Source: a virus. From it: a stretch of 64,000 bases of DNA. The translations under genes were made by a program, and so were the position numbers. The first letter of the stretch is position 1. Every line of letters begins with the position of its first letter. The stretch covers positions 1-64,000 of IMG/VR virus record IMGVR_UViG_3300028829_004116. The stretch is one strand, 5' to 3'. This document shows positions 1 through 9,579 of this stretch, piece after piece. A model generated the notes under the pieces. It saw only the letters and a list, made by a program, of their open reading frames with translations, made no database searches and was not told the origin of the DNA.

Positions 1-150
1 AAGGGACAAGTAGCGGGAGAAGTAGCGGATAAGGCTGATTATACTTCTAAGACAAGAATGCCCTCCCCACCTGATAAAAGATTTAGTGGACTTCCCGGTG
101 ATGCTGGAAATAAAAATGTTGACAAAAGAACAGAGAGGAGAGTAGGATGA
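1..150 (+). CDS. 3' end of an upstream gene, probably portal protein (partial)
   Basis: Frame 1 is open from the window start to TGA at 148-150 (...PDKRFSGLPGDAGNKNVDKRTERRVG*) and overlaps the next ATG. The portal call rests on position at the start of the head module. Confidence 0.4.
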   Translation, partial: KGQVAGEVADKADYTSKTRMPSPPDKRFSGLPGDAGNKNVDKRTERRVG

Positions 151-2963
151 TTTACAAAGGTATAATGGGGGAACAAGAAGTTACATTATTGTATAATTCA
201 TTTAAAAGAATATATAGATTTGTCTCAAGGGGTTCAAGAGTTATGTTATTAACTAGAGAAGAATTAGCAGAAGTAGATATAGAACCAGAAGTTTATAATA
301 ATATATTTTCTACTGACAGAGACTCTTCTCTAGTTAATAACCCTAATAGTATATTAATTCTAAATTCTAATTCGGACAAATCTATTGTAACAAAATTTGC
401 CATATATAATGCTATTCAAATTTCCAGTTGGTTGACGGAAAAATTAAAGCACCCCGATTTTACCGAATTAATTTCAGATAATTCTATTTTTGTAATGTCC
501 GACACACAAACACCTACATCAGATGTTAAAACAGTTGGAGGAAAAACGGGGAATAAAATCTTTTATATGTACGATAGGGCTCCAGTTGATGCTATTTCGG
601 AAATGGAACTAAATACCATAGAAAGTAGAATTCAAGATTCTACGACGAATAATTTTAATATTTCTACTTTTCAAGAATACAAAACTGTAATTTCTGCTAT
701 TAATAATTATAAAAGACATTTAACAACAAGTGGTGTTGATAAAAATGTAAAGCCTATTTTATTTATCGTTATAAGAAAACAAAGATTTGATTTCTTTTCA
801 CTAATTAATATAGGTATTTCTAAGAGTAAATTAGGAAAGAATAACGATATAGTGCCGGGTTATTTGAATAATTCTTTTAGATTAAAACAAAAATTTACAT
901 TAACTGAAAATTTTGAAGTTCCTAATTTTAATGATTTAGTAGATTCCGATGCCCAATCCCTTCTATTAAAGAAGGTCAAGAATTACATTAATCGTAGAGT
1001 CCAAAAAATACCGACAACTGAAACTGATTTGTTTGAATTATATGGTTATTTTCACAAAAGAACAAAATTTGATAAAAATTTCTTTAAACCAACAAATAAA
1101 ATACTTAACAGTGTTTATACAGGTGATATAATAGGAAAAGACACTGTTGTTATTAATGACGAAATTAAGGAATTAAAAATGCGTTCTTTAAATGTTGAAA
1201 ATGAAAGAATCGAAGGAAAATTGGAAGCAGCAATAACGGAGTCTATTAAATCATATCAAGAAATATGGGGAAGTTATAGACCCATACAAAAGGTTTTCTT
1301 TACAGGAAAACATAAAGACTATATGAGAGTAAGAGAATTATTCTATAATGTACTCTATGCTTATATTGATAGGGCATTGGGGGGCTATATATCCGGTTCT
1401 GGAAAGCGTAAATATACACCTAAACTTGTGGAAAAAATACTTAAAGCATTACCCGCCTTAGATGATAATGAAAAAGAAGTTTTGCGGTTTATGAATAGGG
1501 CAGATAAAATAGATAAAGAAACATATAAAAAATATTTTACAATAATTGAAAAATTTATGTCGGACAGAGCAGATGCTTTAATTTCTGAAAATATTGCTAT
1601 CAATATTATAAAGGGTCATAGTAGTAAGATGTCAATAAAAAGGTTGCTTCAAAGAAGTGGTTTTTCGCTTAAAGGTAGAGATAATGATGATTTATATTTA
1701 ATAACTATGGTAGGAATAGAAAGTTCTAGCGCAAAACATTTTGAATATTTTAAGGAAAATTTTAAATTAACGGATAGCCCGTTTCCAAACCGTATTAAAA
1801 GAAATTTCTACCAATATGTATTAGAAATAGATACAATTAATAAGGATTTAAATGTAATAAGACCGTCTTTGGTTGACAATGCTACGCAGTTTAAAATTAA
1901 TTTTCAAGATTGGGATATTAGAGTAGAATTAGTTAATCTAATTAATAATCTTATTTCCAAACCCAAACAATTAATAACCAATAAAAAAAGAGCGGGGCTG
2001 AGTGCAATTGCTAGTCCGAGAGAAAAGGCGTTAGAAGTCTTATCGGAAGAACGGATGATAAATCAAAATGTAGCGAACAATCCACTCACCTTGCATTACG
2101 ACCCCTTGAGATTTAATAAAGTAACAAGACAAATATCTGGACATTTATTTTTTGAAAATATGGATGGTAAATTAGTTATATTTCCATTTGACAACTTCTA
2201 CCATGATATAGAAGGTCAAAGTAATAAAACTGTTGATGTATGTTATACCTCAGTTGAATCTATAGATGATAGACAATTATTTAATGGAGTTGTGGAAAAT
2301 ATAGTAGAGGCATTTTATACTTGGATTACCGATAATGCCTATAAAATAACTGTGGAACCAAATGACGAAGATAGACCGTGGGAAGTGACGGGAAATTATC
2401 AACCTATAACACCGCAAGTTTATAAGGCTTTATTTATAAAAGCGTTACAGTCAAGATTAGATGGGCATATTTTTAATAATAATTGGGCGGCAAGAGCCGC
2501 TTGTGTTTTTGTGAACCCGTGGAAAGAAGGTTTTTATTCATCAGCAGATGAGGGAATGAGAATGGGTCAGGAGAATTTCCCTTTCGATTGGAAAGTATTT
2601 AATAGAATTACCGGTGAAAAGCGCACTACAAGTTTAGGTTCGAGAGATGGAGATGAATATAAAAAAGAAATATCAAGATTGTATGCGGGTATAATTAATT
2701 TAGAATTAAAGGAATATCTTTTAGTTGAAATACAAAAATACAATGTTTGGGATTTGGATTTGGGGGAGATTCGCAATAGAAGTAGTCGGGCTGCAAACGA
2801 AGTAATTTTTAGATTATTTAAAGAATTTATATCGGAATCTTACTCATTATCACCTGACGATTATCACGAACTTAGGAGAGAAGAAATAAAAAAATATCTT
2901 AAAAGGAATCCAGAAGCAATACAATTAAAGCAAATAGCAAGAAGAAATTTAAGTAGAGATTAA
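147..2963 (+). CDS. large hypothetical protein (938 aa) in head module
   Basis: Long AT-rich ORF with ATGA overlap and a GGAG upstream; no motif recognised. Confidence 0.75.
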   Translation: MIYKGIMGEQEVTLLYNSFKRIYRFVSRGSRVMLLTREELAEVDIEPEVYNNIFSTDRDSSLVNNPNSILILNSNSDKSIVTKFAIYNAIQISSWLTEKLKHPDFTELISDNSIFVMSDTQTPTSDVKTVGGKTGNKIFYMYDRAPVDAISEMELNTIESRIQDSTTNNFNISTFQEYKTVISAINNYKRHLTTSGVDKNVKPILFIVIRKQRFDFFSLINIGISKSKLGKNNDIVPGYLNNSFRLKQKFTLTENFEVPNFNDLVDSDAQSLLLKKVKNYINRRVQKIPTTETDLFELYGYFHKRTKFDKNFFKPTNKILNSVYTGDIIGKDTVVINDEIKELKMRSLNVENERIEGKLEAAITESIKSYQEIWGSYRPIQKVFFTGKHKDYMRVRELFYNVLYAYIDRALGGYISGSGKRKYTPKLVEKILKALPALDDNEKEVLRFMNRADKIDKETYKKYFTIIEKFMSDRADALISENIAINIIKGHSSKMSIKRLLQRSGFSLKGRDNDDLYLITMVGIESSSAKHFEYFKENFKLTDSPFPNRIKRNFYQYVLEIDTINKDLNVIRPSLVDNATQFKINFQDWDIRVELVNLINNLISKPKQLITNKKRAGLSAIASPREKALEVLSEERMINQNVANNPLTLHYDPLRFNKVTRQISGHLFFENMDGKLVIFPFDNFYHDIEGQSNKTVDVCYTSVESIDDRQLFNGVVENIVEAFYTWITDNAYKITVEPNDEDRPWEVTGNYQPITPQVYKALFIKALQSRLDGHIFNNNWAARAACVFVNPWKEGFYSSADEGMRMGQENFPFDWKVFNRITGEKRTTSLGSRDGDEYKKEISRLYAGIINLELKEYLLVEIQKYNVWDLDLGEIRNRSSRAANEVIFRLFKEFISESYSLSPDDYHELRREEIKKYLKRNPEAIQLKQIARRNLSRD

Positions 2964-2975
2964 GGAGAAATAAAT

Positions 2976-3191
2976 ATGAGCAATATAATAAGAAGAAAAT
3001 TAGATGAAGCAAAGAAACAATTGGCAGACATTGAGCGAAAGGCTAATAAACCGGAACCTACGCCTAAGAAAACTGTGAACTTAACAATGAATGTACCGGA
3101 AGTTCCTCCGGATAACTTTGAGGCAGACCCTGTTATCCCCGGAATTATTCGGCCCGGCCCAAAAATGTCCAAGAAATTTAAACAGGTGTAA
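2976..3191 (+). CDS. small hypothetical head-module protein (coiled coil plus Pro-rich tail)
   Basis: AAGGAG Shine-Dalgarno upstream; tightly packed. Confidence 0.7.
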   Translation: MSNIIRRKLDEAKKQLADIERKANKPEPTPKKTVNLTMNVPEVPPDNFEADPVIPGIIRPGPKMSKKFKQV

Positions 3192-3193
3192 GT

Positions 3194-5617
3194 ATGTGGG
3201 AAACAATTCTAAAGAGGAATATTCCTGAAAAAGGAACAAGTGTAGATGATATTATTTATTTAATTACACAAGCAAGACAATTACCTGATTTAGAATTAAA
3301 ACTTATAGATACTAAAGGTAAGGCTGCTAATGAAATAAGACCCATTAGAAATAAAATGGAAGATATAAATAGTCAAATAAAAGGTATCAAAAAAGAGATT
3401 ACAGAAGCCAACAAAAATAAAGGTGGAGAGGGAGTAGAATCTTTAGAAAAAAAGATAAAGGCATTACAAAAATTAAATATACCTTTAAGGGAAGAAATTT
3501 TAAAAATTGAAAGACAACTAAAGAAAGATTTGGCTAAAATACAAAGTGCTTTAGATAGCCCTGTTATGAAAAAAAACCCCTTTACACCAATTATTACTAG
3601 AAGGGCAACATATTCAGGAAATGCTAAATTTTCTAAGAAAGAAATAAAGTTTGATGAATCAGGTAATATTTTAGACGATGGTTATGGTAATGAACAATTC
3701 TACGGAAAGGCCACACCACTTACTTTACAAGAAGCGGCTGAACATTATAAAGAAACAGTGGTAGATTATGATGAAGTAAATGTTAACAGGGTTATGCCTG
3801 AAGATAAGCCTTATGACGCACCTTACGCTCAATTAGTCGATAAACCGAAGCGTGAAATTTCTACAAATGAAGAACCTGTAAGTAATATGAAAGCGACTCT
3901 ACCACAGATAAGAACTATTCTACAACCTATCTCCAATGCTGATTTTAATGACTTTGTTATCTCATTAGATGAATTTATTGACACAGGTTCTGCACCAATT
4001 ATAGATGCTTACAAAGAAGAAAACCCTGAAAAGTTTGCAGAAATTATGGATTTAGTAGAAACATCTTCTTCCACTACATCGGTAGATGAAGATAGATATT
4101 TAGATAAATTACTTATGATGGTAAATAAGAAATCAATTGATTTTAATAGAAGTGCCGGTAATAATAGAGTTTCCTTACAGGTTACAGAAAAAGACGGATA
4201 TAGAAAAGAAACTAATAGATTAATTTTACCTGTCAATGAAGACCTATCCAATAGATTTGGTGAAATTTCACAATGGTTGGCTAAACATTATGAACCAGTT
4301 CCAGAAGTAAAAGACGAGAATTTATTTATTCAAAAACTCGTAAGAGGTATCAATGAAACAGTAGATGATAAGGGTGGTAATAATTCTATTGCCTACGCAA
4401 TCCAACACATGATAAATAATAACTTGGCTAATAGATTCTCGAATCAAATAGTAGTCACCGGAAGATATTTAGATGCTAATACAGAACAGCAAAAGTTTAG
4501 GGAATTCATCGGCACACAGGCAAGAAGAAATATGAAATTATTGGAAAATGTAGCCACCTTCCTACATAGAGGAAAGCAAATGTCAAGTTTTCTTACAGAA
4601 GACCAAATGAATCAAGCAAATGAAATGCTACAACAACAGGTAGGTAGTAAGGCGTTTGGTAGATATTTCCTCGCAGAAATACCTTCTGCTCAATTACAGA
4701 GAAAACCCAAGAGTGGTTTAGCAACAAGATTGGGTGCTACGGGTAAAAAGAAAACAGGTAAGGGTCAAACAGTAATTCCTAAAAAATTTCAAGGACCGTC
4801 AAGACAATCTAAGCAGGGTCCAGAAAATAGACCAAAACAAACTAAACCAACCCTTTACCCTAAAGAACCTAAGTTTAAAGTTCCAGTTGGGACTAAATTA
4901 GATTATCCTAAAGATTACGAACCCATGAGAGGAAATTATTCCGGGGAACTTACAGAAAATCAAAAAGAAGTATTAGCGGATATTAGACAATCGTATAAAA
5001 TTAACATACCTCCTTCTACTAAGACTATTGAAGAAAATAAAAAGAAACTTGAACAGACAAGAGCCGAAGTCGAAGAAATGTCACCCGAAGAAAAGGAGTC
5101 AAACCTCCAAGAATGGGTAGACCGACTTGTAGAAATTGCCTTGAAGAATAAAGGAAAAACTGATTACGAACCATATACGGCTAGAAAAAGAACCTTAATG
5201 CTGGGTCGTATGGTAGGTGAAGAAAATAATAAAAAGTTTGAACTATACACTCAAGCCGAACTAAGAGAAAAAATACTCGAAAATGTTAAGGATGGTGGAG
5301 AACCATTTTCAGGTTTGTATCTAAAATCGGGTTCAGTTTCAAAGGCAGACCTATCGGGACTTTCTACTAAAGAAAGGCGCAAGGTTAAAACCATGCTTCA
5401 AAACGCTCATCCAACGGAATACTTTGGTGAAGACTACCTTCGTTTGGGCAAAGTTATAAATATAATTGACGGTTTAGCGGAAGATGAAGAGGCCGAACTC
5501 TTGGAGAAGTTGGGAGTCAAAAACCTACAAATGGTAAAAACAGCCGCATCACTAAGAAAGAAATATGAGAATCTATACAAAAAACTATACGACATGGTAT
5601 ATGATGAGGAGGAATAA
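3194..5617 (+). CDS. putative internal head protein with N-terminal MWETILK tag (807 aa)
   Basis: Begins MWETILK; coiled coil, Lys/Pro-rich segment, YLK|S and VSK|A sites before the C-terminal domain. Confidence 0.6.
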   Translation: MWETILKRNIPEKGTSVDDIIYLITQARQLPDLELKLIDTKGKAANEIRPIRNKMEDINSQIKGIKKEITEANKNKGGEGVESLEKKIKALQKLNIPLREEILKIERQLKKDLAKIQSALDSPVMKKNPFTPIITRRATYSGNAKFSKKEIKFDESGNILDDGYGNEQFYGKATPLTLQEAAEHYKETVVDYDEVNVNRVMPEDKPYDAPYAQLVDKPKREISTNEEPVSNMKATLPQIRTILQPISNADFNDFVISLDEFIDTGSAPIIDAYKEENPEKFAEIMDLVETSSSTTSVDEDRYLDKLLMMVNKKSIDFNRSAGNNRVSLQVTEKDGYRKETNRLILPVNEDLSNRFGEISQWLAKHYEPVPEVKDENLFIQKLVRGINETVDDKGGNNSIAYAIQHMINNNLANRFSNQIVVTGRYLDANTEQQKFREFIGTQARRNMKLLENVATFLHRGKQMSSFLTEDQMNQANEMLQQQVGSKAFGRYFLAEIPSAQLQRKPKSGLATRLGATGKKKTGKGQTVIPKKFQGPSRQSKQGPENRPKQTKPTLYPKEPKFKVPVGTKLDYPKDYEPMRGNYSGELTENQKEVLADIRQSYKINIPPSTKTIEENKKKLEQTRAEVEEMSPEEKESNLQEWVDRLVEIALKNKGKTDYEPYTARKRTLMLGRMVGEENNKKFELYTQAELREKILENVKDGGEPFSGLYLKSGSVSKADLSGLSTKERRKVKTMLQNAHPTEYFGEDYLRLGKVINIIDGLAEDEEAELLEKLGVKNLQMVKTAASLRKKYENLYKKLYDMVYDEEE

Positions 5618-5620
5618 AAA

Positions 5621-5857
5621 ATGGAAGAAGAAACAACAATTGAAATTTTAGAAATATTAAAGGCCCTATCCGACAAGGTTAAGGATTTAGAGAGAAAATT
5701 AGCAGATTCGGACACAGCAATTATGAAGGCCGGATTTGTTCGAAGTCCAAGACCGAGTGCAAAAACCCAAGCAGGTATGCCAAACGGTGATGTGATTTCA
5801 AAAATGGATTGGAGTGATTTAGATTCACTTGTTAAAAATTTGGAGGGAACAATATGA
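5621..5857 (+). CDS. small scaffold-like coiled-coil protein
   Basis: GAGGAGG SD; coiled coil, IMK|A site; C-terminal KMDWSDLDSLV resembles scaffold end EMSWNEVHELM. Confidence 0.55.
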   Translation: MEEETTIEILEILKALSDKVKDLERKLADSDTAIMKAGFVRSPRPSAKTQAGMPNGDVISKMDWSDLDSLVKNLEGTI

Positions 5858-6279
5858 GTAAGAAAGAAGATATGGTAGCCGACGAAGCCGATATACAGGG
5901 AGTAGATGTTTTAACTCAATTAACAGAACTTACAGTTTTACTTACAAACGCATTGGGTTATGAACCAGCAGACGCACAAAAGAATGAAAAGGCTGGTAAG
6001 CAAGTCAATGTTGAACGATTGGCGGCTAAACCAATTACAAAGGAACAGACAATGGTTAAGAGAAATTACGAATCTAAATTAATGCCTAAAAATATGACCT
6101 ATAAAGCAGAACCGGACCAAGAAGAAATACGCATTGAATCCGATGGTAATGCAGAAGATTCACAGGATAAAGATGTTGAAGCCGCATTGGAAACAGCACT
6201 TGGGAAACTTAAGCGTCTTCGCCACACATTAACAATTAATGAAGATGCGGCATTAACTCCAAGCGATGAAATGGTGTGA
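5854..6279 (+). CDS. hypothetical acidic head-module protein
   Basis: GGAGG SD, ATGA overlap; MVK|R and TYK|A sites. Confidence 0.65.
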   Translation: MSKKEDMVADEADIQGVDVLTQLTELTVLLTNALGYEPADAQKNEKAGKQVNVERLAAKPITKEQTMVKRNYESKLMPKNMTYKAEPDQEEIRIESDGNAEDSQDKDVEAALETALGKLKRLRHTLTINEDAALTPSDEMV

Positions 6280-6284
6280 GGGTA

Positions 6285-8381
6285 ATGGTATTTACTCAAT
6301 TTGATAGTGTAGTAAAAAATGTTTCTTCATTAAAAAATATGGTTCGTGCTACATTTTTAAGTGCGAGAGAAAATCCTAAAGCATATGAAAAGGATTGGCA
6401 GAAATTAGTAGTCGAACTTAGAGAATTGTTGAAGGACCCGAAACTTAAGCAACAATTTCCTAATATAGATGATAGCATTTTATTTTCAGATGAATCATTT
6501 TCGGTAGGGAATGAAAAGGCGAGTAGTTTGTATGGCTCTTTTAATAACCAATCTTCACCGGCTGTTTTAGTTAAACAGGATAGACCTGAAAAATTTATAG
6601 AACCCAATAAACCAATGTATCGTATATTTGAGATAGACGACATGAAAGAAATTAAGGGTCTTACAACTGAATATGTTGTTCAAGAAAAATACGATGGCCT
6701 ACGAATACAGATTCATAAATTTGATAACAATGTTAAAATTTACACATTTAATGCGAGGGACATTACAGAAAAAATGCCTCAATGTGTTAAGGTATTAGAA
6801 GACCGTGTTTTTCCCAATTGTATTTTAGATGCAGAAGCAGTAATGTATAAAGATGGAGAGGCATTAGTTCGTGCTGAAACTCTCGCACATATTAATAGAA
6901 AGGTGACAGATGAGGCAGATATAAAGGCCCATGTGTTTGATATTATGTACTTTGAGGATAAGTCTGTTGCTTCGGATAAATTAGAAGAACGACTAATGAT
7001 TCTTATGAAAAACTTTTCAGCAAATGCAGACGAATATGTATTGTTCCCTAATAAGAATAATACAAGAGAGGCTGATTCATTAGCAGAAATTGAAGAATAT
7101 GCTATGGAGATAATGAAAAATCCTGCCTCCGAAGGAGTAGTAATTAAGGATTCTAAATCCTCGTATGTTATCGGTAAAAAGAAAAACCCTAAGTGGATTA
7201 AGTGGAAAAAATTTGTTGACTTAGATGTTATGGTTTTAGATAAAAAGGAAAATAAGAATGGGACATTTGGTTATACTATGGGTATCGGCCCTGTTGAAGA
7301 AGATTCTATTAAGGCAGTAGAAATAGATGGTGATTTTTATATGAATGTAGGAAAGACTACCAACACTAAAAAAGATGTTGAGGTTGGAACTATTATTCGT
7401 GTTATGGCTGATGAAATTATGGGCAATACTAAGAAGGGTTTCTCATTATTTAATTCAAAGTTTCACGAAATCCCCGAAGTAAAGTTGCCCGATAAATTAA
7501 TTACTCTTGAATTTTTAACAACGGGTGGTAAGAAAAGTCTTGGCGACTACAAAATTGACGCTCTTACAAAGTCGTATGAAATTACAGACGGAATACATGG
7601 TGTTGCTAAATTAAACACAGAACTAGATTTAGAAGGATTTGTATTTCATGGATTCAAAGACGATAATCTAATGTCTAAAAATGCTTCTTTGGATATAGAT
7701 TTTTGGAAGCAGGAATTAAAGGAAGCCTATGGAAAAGACAATGGTAGATTTTTTGTCTTCGTAAAACAATTACTCATAGACTACGGGACTCTATCAGCAA
7801 ATGATATTTTTGGCAGGGCAGTTAAACATGATGCTAAAATGATGAACAGACTTTTTGGTAATGATGCAAAGGCAGAAGGAAAAATGAAAGAGCGTTTGAT
7901 GAAAGCCGGAGATACATACGGTATTTTATATTCTGCTGGTAAATTTTCTCACAATGATGATGTATTAAATAAGGCTGAAAGTAGAAATGCTGAATTTGAA
8001 CTTTGGATTACAGATAGTGGGTATTTACATTTTGTCATAATTTATAAGGGTAGAAAAATGGCTTGGGAAATACGAGTAAGTGGTGATGAACAGATTTACG
8101 ATTTCTTGGGTGAATCTGGAAAATACCCTTGTAAGCAAATAACAAAACCTGAAACGGACAACCTTCTTGAAAGGGGTCCGATGATTTTAGGCGCACAAAG
8201 AAAGGGCTACCATGAGTATATTCTTAACGGGAAAGAGGTAAAAACAAAATTACATTGTAGATATTTACCAGTTAAAGGTAAAGAAATGTGGCTTGCTTGG
8301 ACTGGTTATGAAACAAAACCTGCACCAAAATCAAGCGACTCCGGACTAATAAATATCTATGAAGACGATTCATCAGATTAA
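6285..8381 (+). CDS. lig: ATP-dependent DNA ligase with N- and C-terminal extensions
   Basis: Motif I QEKYDGLR, III ILDAEAV, IIIa HVFDIM, IV EGVVIKD, V WIKWK, then an OB-like region. ATG 6285 preferred over GTG 6276. Confidence 0.9.
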   Translation: MVFTQFDSVVKNVSSLKNMVRATFLSARENPKAYEKDWQKLVVELRELLKDPKLKQQFPNIDDSILFSDESFSVGNEKASSLYGSFNNQSSPAVLVKQDRPEKFIEPNKPMYRIFEIDDMKEIKGLTTEYVVQEKYDGLRIQIHKFDNNVKIYTFNARDITEKMPQCVKVLEDRVFPNCILDAEAVMYKDGEALVRAETLAHINRKVTDEADIKAHVFDIMYFEDKSVASDKLEERLMILMKNFSANADEYVLFPNKNNTREADSLAEIEEYAMEIMKNPASEGVVIKDSKSSYVIGKKKNPKWIKWKKFVDLDVMVLDKKENKNGTFGYTMGIGPVEEDSIKAVEIDGDFYMNVGKTTNTKKDVEVGTIIRVMADEIMGNTKKGFSLFNSKFHEIPEVKLPDKLITLEFLTTGGKKSLGDYKIDALTKSYEITDGIHGVAKLNTELDLEGFVFHGFKDDNLMSKNASLDIDFWKQELKEAYGKDNGRFFVFVKQLLIDYGTLSANDIFGRAVKHDAKMMNRLFGNDAKAEGKMKERLMKAGDTYGILYSAGKFSHNDDVLNKAESRNAEFELWITDSGYLHFVIIYKGRKMAWEIRVSGDEQIYDFLGESGKYPCKQITKPETDNLLERGPMILGAQRKGYHEYILNGKEVKTKLHCRYLPVKGKEMWLAWTGYETKPAPKSSDSGLINIYEDDSSD

Positions 8382-8385
8382 ATAC

Positions 8386-8395
8386 TTTTATATAG
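8386..8395 (+). promoter_or_regulatory. archaeal-type TATA box, probably leaderless transcript for protease/MCP operon
   Basis: TTTTATATAG in an intergenic gap about 23 nt upstream of ATG 8418, which has no clear SD. Confidence 0.6.
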
Positions 8396-8417
8396 TTCAT
8401 AGAATACAGGACCTATT

Positions 8418-9578
8418 ATGCAGTTGAGAACTCCTATGTTTGGTAATGAGCCAAATAGTGGCGGGGAACTTGTAATTCTTAAGTCAAATAACGAATGTGT
8501 TATTGCTGGCTACGCATCAGTTGATGTAGTGGATAAGCAGAATGATAAGATTACATTAGGTGCAATCCGTGAAGCGGCTGACAAGTTTATGAAACAAGAC
8601 CGATATAGAAATGTAATGATTACTCATTCTAATGTTCAAGTCGGTGAAGTAGTAGACCAATATACAGATTCCAATGGTAAAGTCCTAAAAACAGGCGTTG
8701 ATGATACAGGGTTTTTTGTAGTGATAAAATTAAGAAATGATATTGAAAAGGCTAAAGAGGTTGCACGAGATATAAGAAAAGGCAACCTTCGCTCTTTTTC
8801 GATAGGTGGACAGGCGATAAACAAGACAAATAGATATGATGCCGATACCGGTAGTTATAAGGAAATTGATAAACTTGAATTGCATGAAATCACCATATGT
8901 GAAGAGGGCATAAACCCTGAAGCAAAGTTTAATCTAATAAAGGAGGACAAAAAAATGAATACAGAAATAGAAAAGGCTCTTAACGAGTTTAATGAAGTAA
9001 TGGCTGAACTTAAGAACAGTTCAATCTTGAAAGACGACAATGAAGATGTTGACTTGATGGAAGAACTGCCAGAAGAAGAGTCCGTCGAAACCGAAAGTTA
9101 CGGCGAAAAAGAATTGAAAGCAGAAGAAGATGATGATGATGTTGAAGAAGAAAACTACGGTGAAAAGGGTGAAATGAATGCCGAGTTCAAGGAATTTGTT
9201 GAACATAAGGCTGAAGAAATTAACACACTTGACCTATCAACTGCAAACATCGAAAAGGCTTACGAACAATTTAAGGCTGAAAGAGAAGAGGCTCGTGCTT
9301 ACGAAGTTATTAAGGCTGAATTTGATGCACGATATGATAACGAACTTAAGGCTGAGGCTGATGCAATTGCTAAGTCTAAGTTTAATGCCGCAGACGCTGT
9401 TCTTTCTCTTAAGGAAGAATTTTCTCAATTGAAGAAGTCACTTGAGAACAACACTATCGCTAAGGCCGCAGAAACTCAATCTGTGTCCAATCAACTTAGT
9501 GAGGACTTCGGTAACATTTCAGAAATGTCATGGAATGAAGTTCACGAATTAATGGACAAATACAACAGAGGTGCTTAA
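8418..9578 (+). CDS. HK97-type prohead protease fused to acidic coiled-coil scaffold
   Basis: IAGYASVDVVDKQND, MITHSN (His), LRSFSIGG (Ser), LHEITIC...NPEA; acidic coiled-coil C-terminal half; directly upstream of MCP. Confidence 0.9.
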   Translation: MQLRTPMFGNEPNSGGELVILKSNNECVIAGYASVDVVDKQNDKITLGAIREAADKFMKQDRYRNVMITHSNVQVGEVVDQYTDSNGKVLKTGVDDTGFFVVIKLRNDIEKAKEVARDIRKGNLRSFSIGGQAINKTNRYDADTGSYKEIDKLELHEITICEEGINPEAKFNLIKEDKKMNTEIEKALNEFNEVMAELKNSSILKDDNEDVDLMEELPEEESVETESYGEKELKAEEDDDDVEEENYGEKGEMNAEFKEFVEHKAEEINTLDLSTANIEKAYEQFKAEREEARAYEVIKAEFDARYDNELKAEADAIAKSKFNAADAVLSLKEEFSQLKKSLENNTIAKAAETQSVSNQLSEDFGNISEMSWNEVHELMDKYNRGA

Positions 9579-9579
9579 A

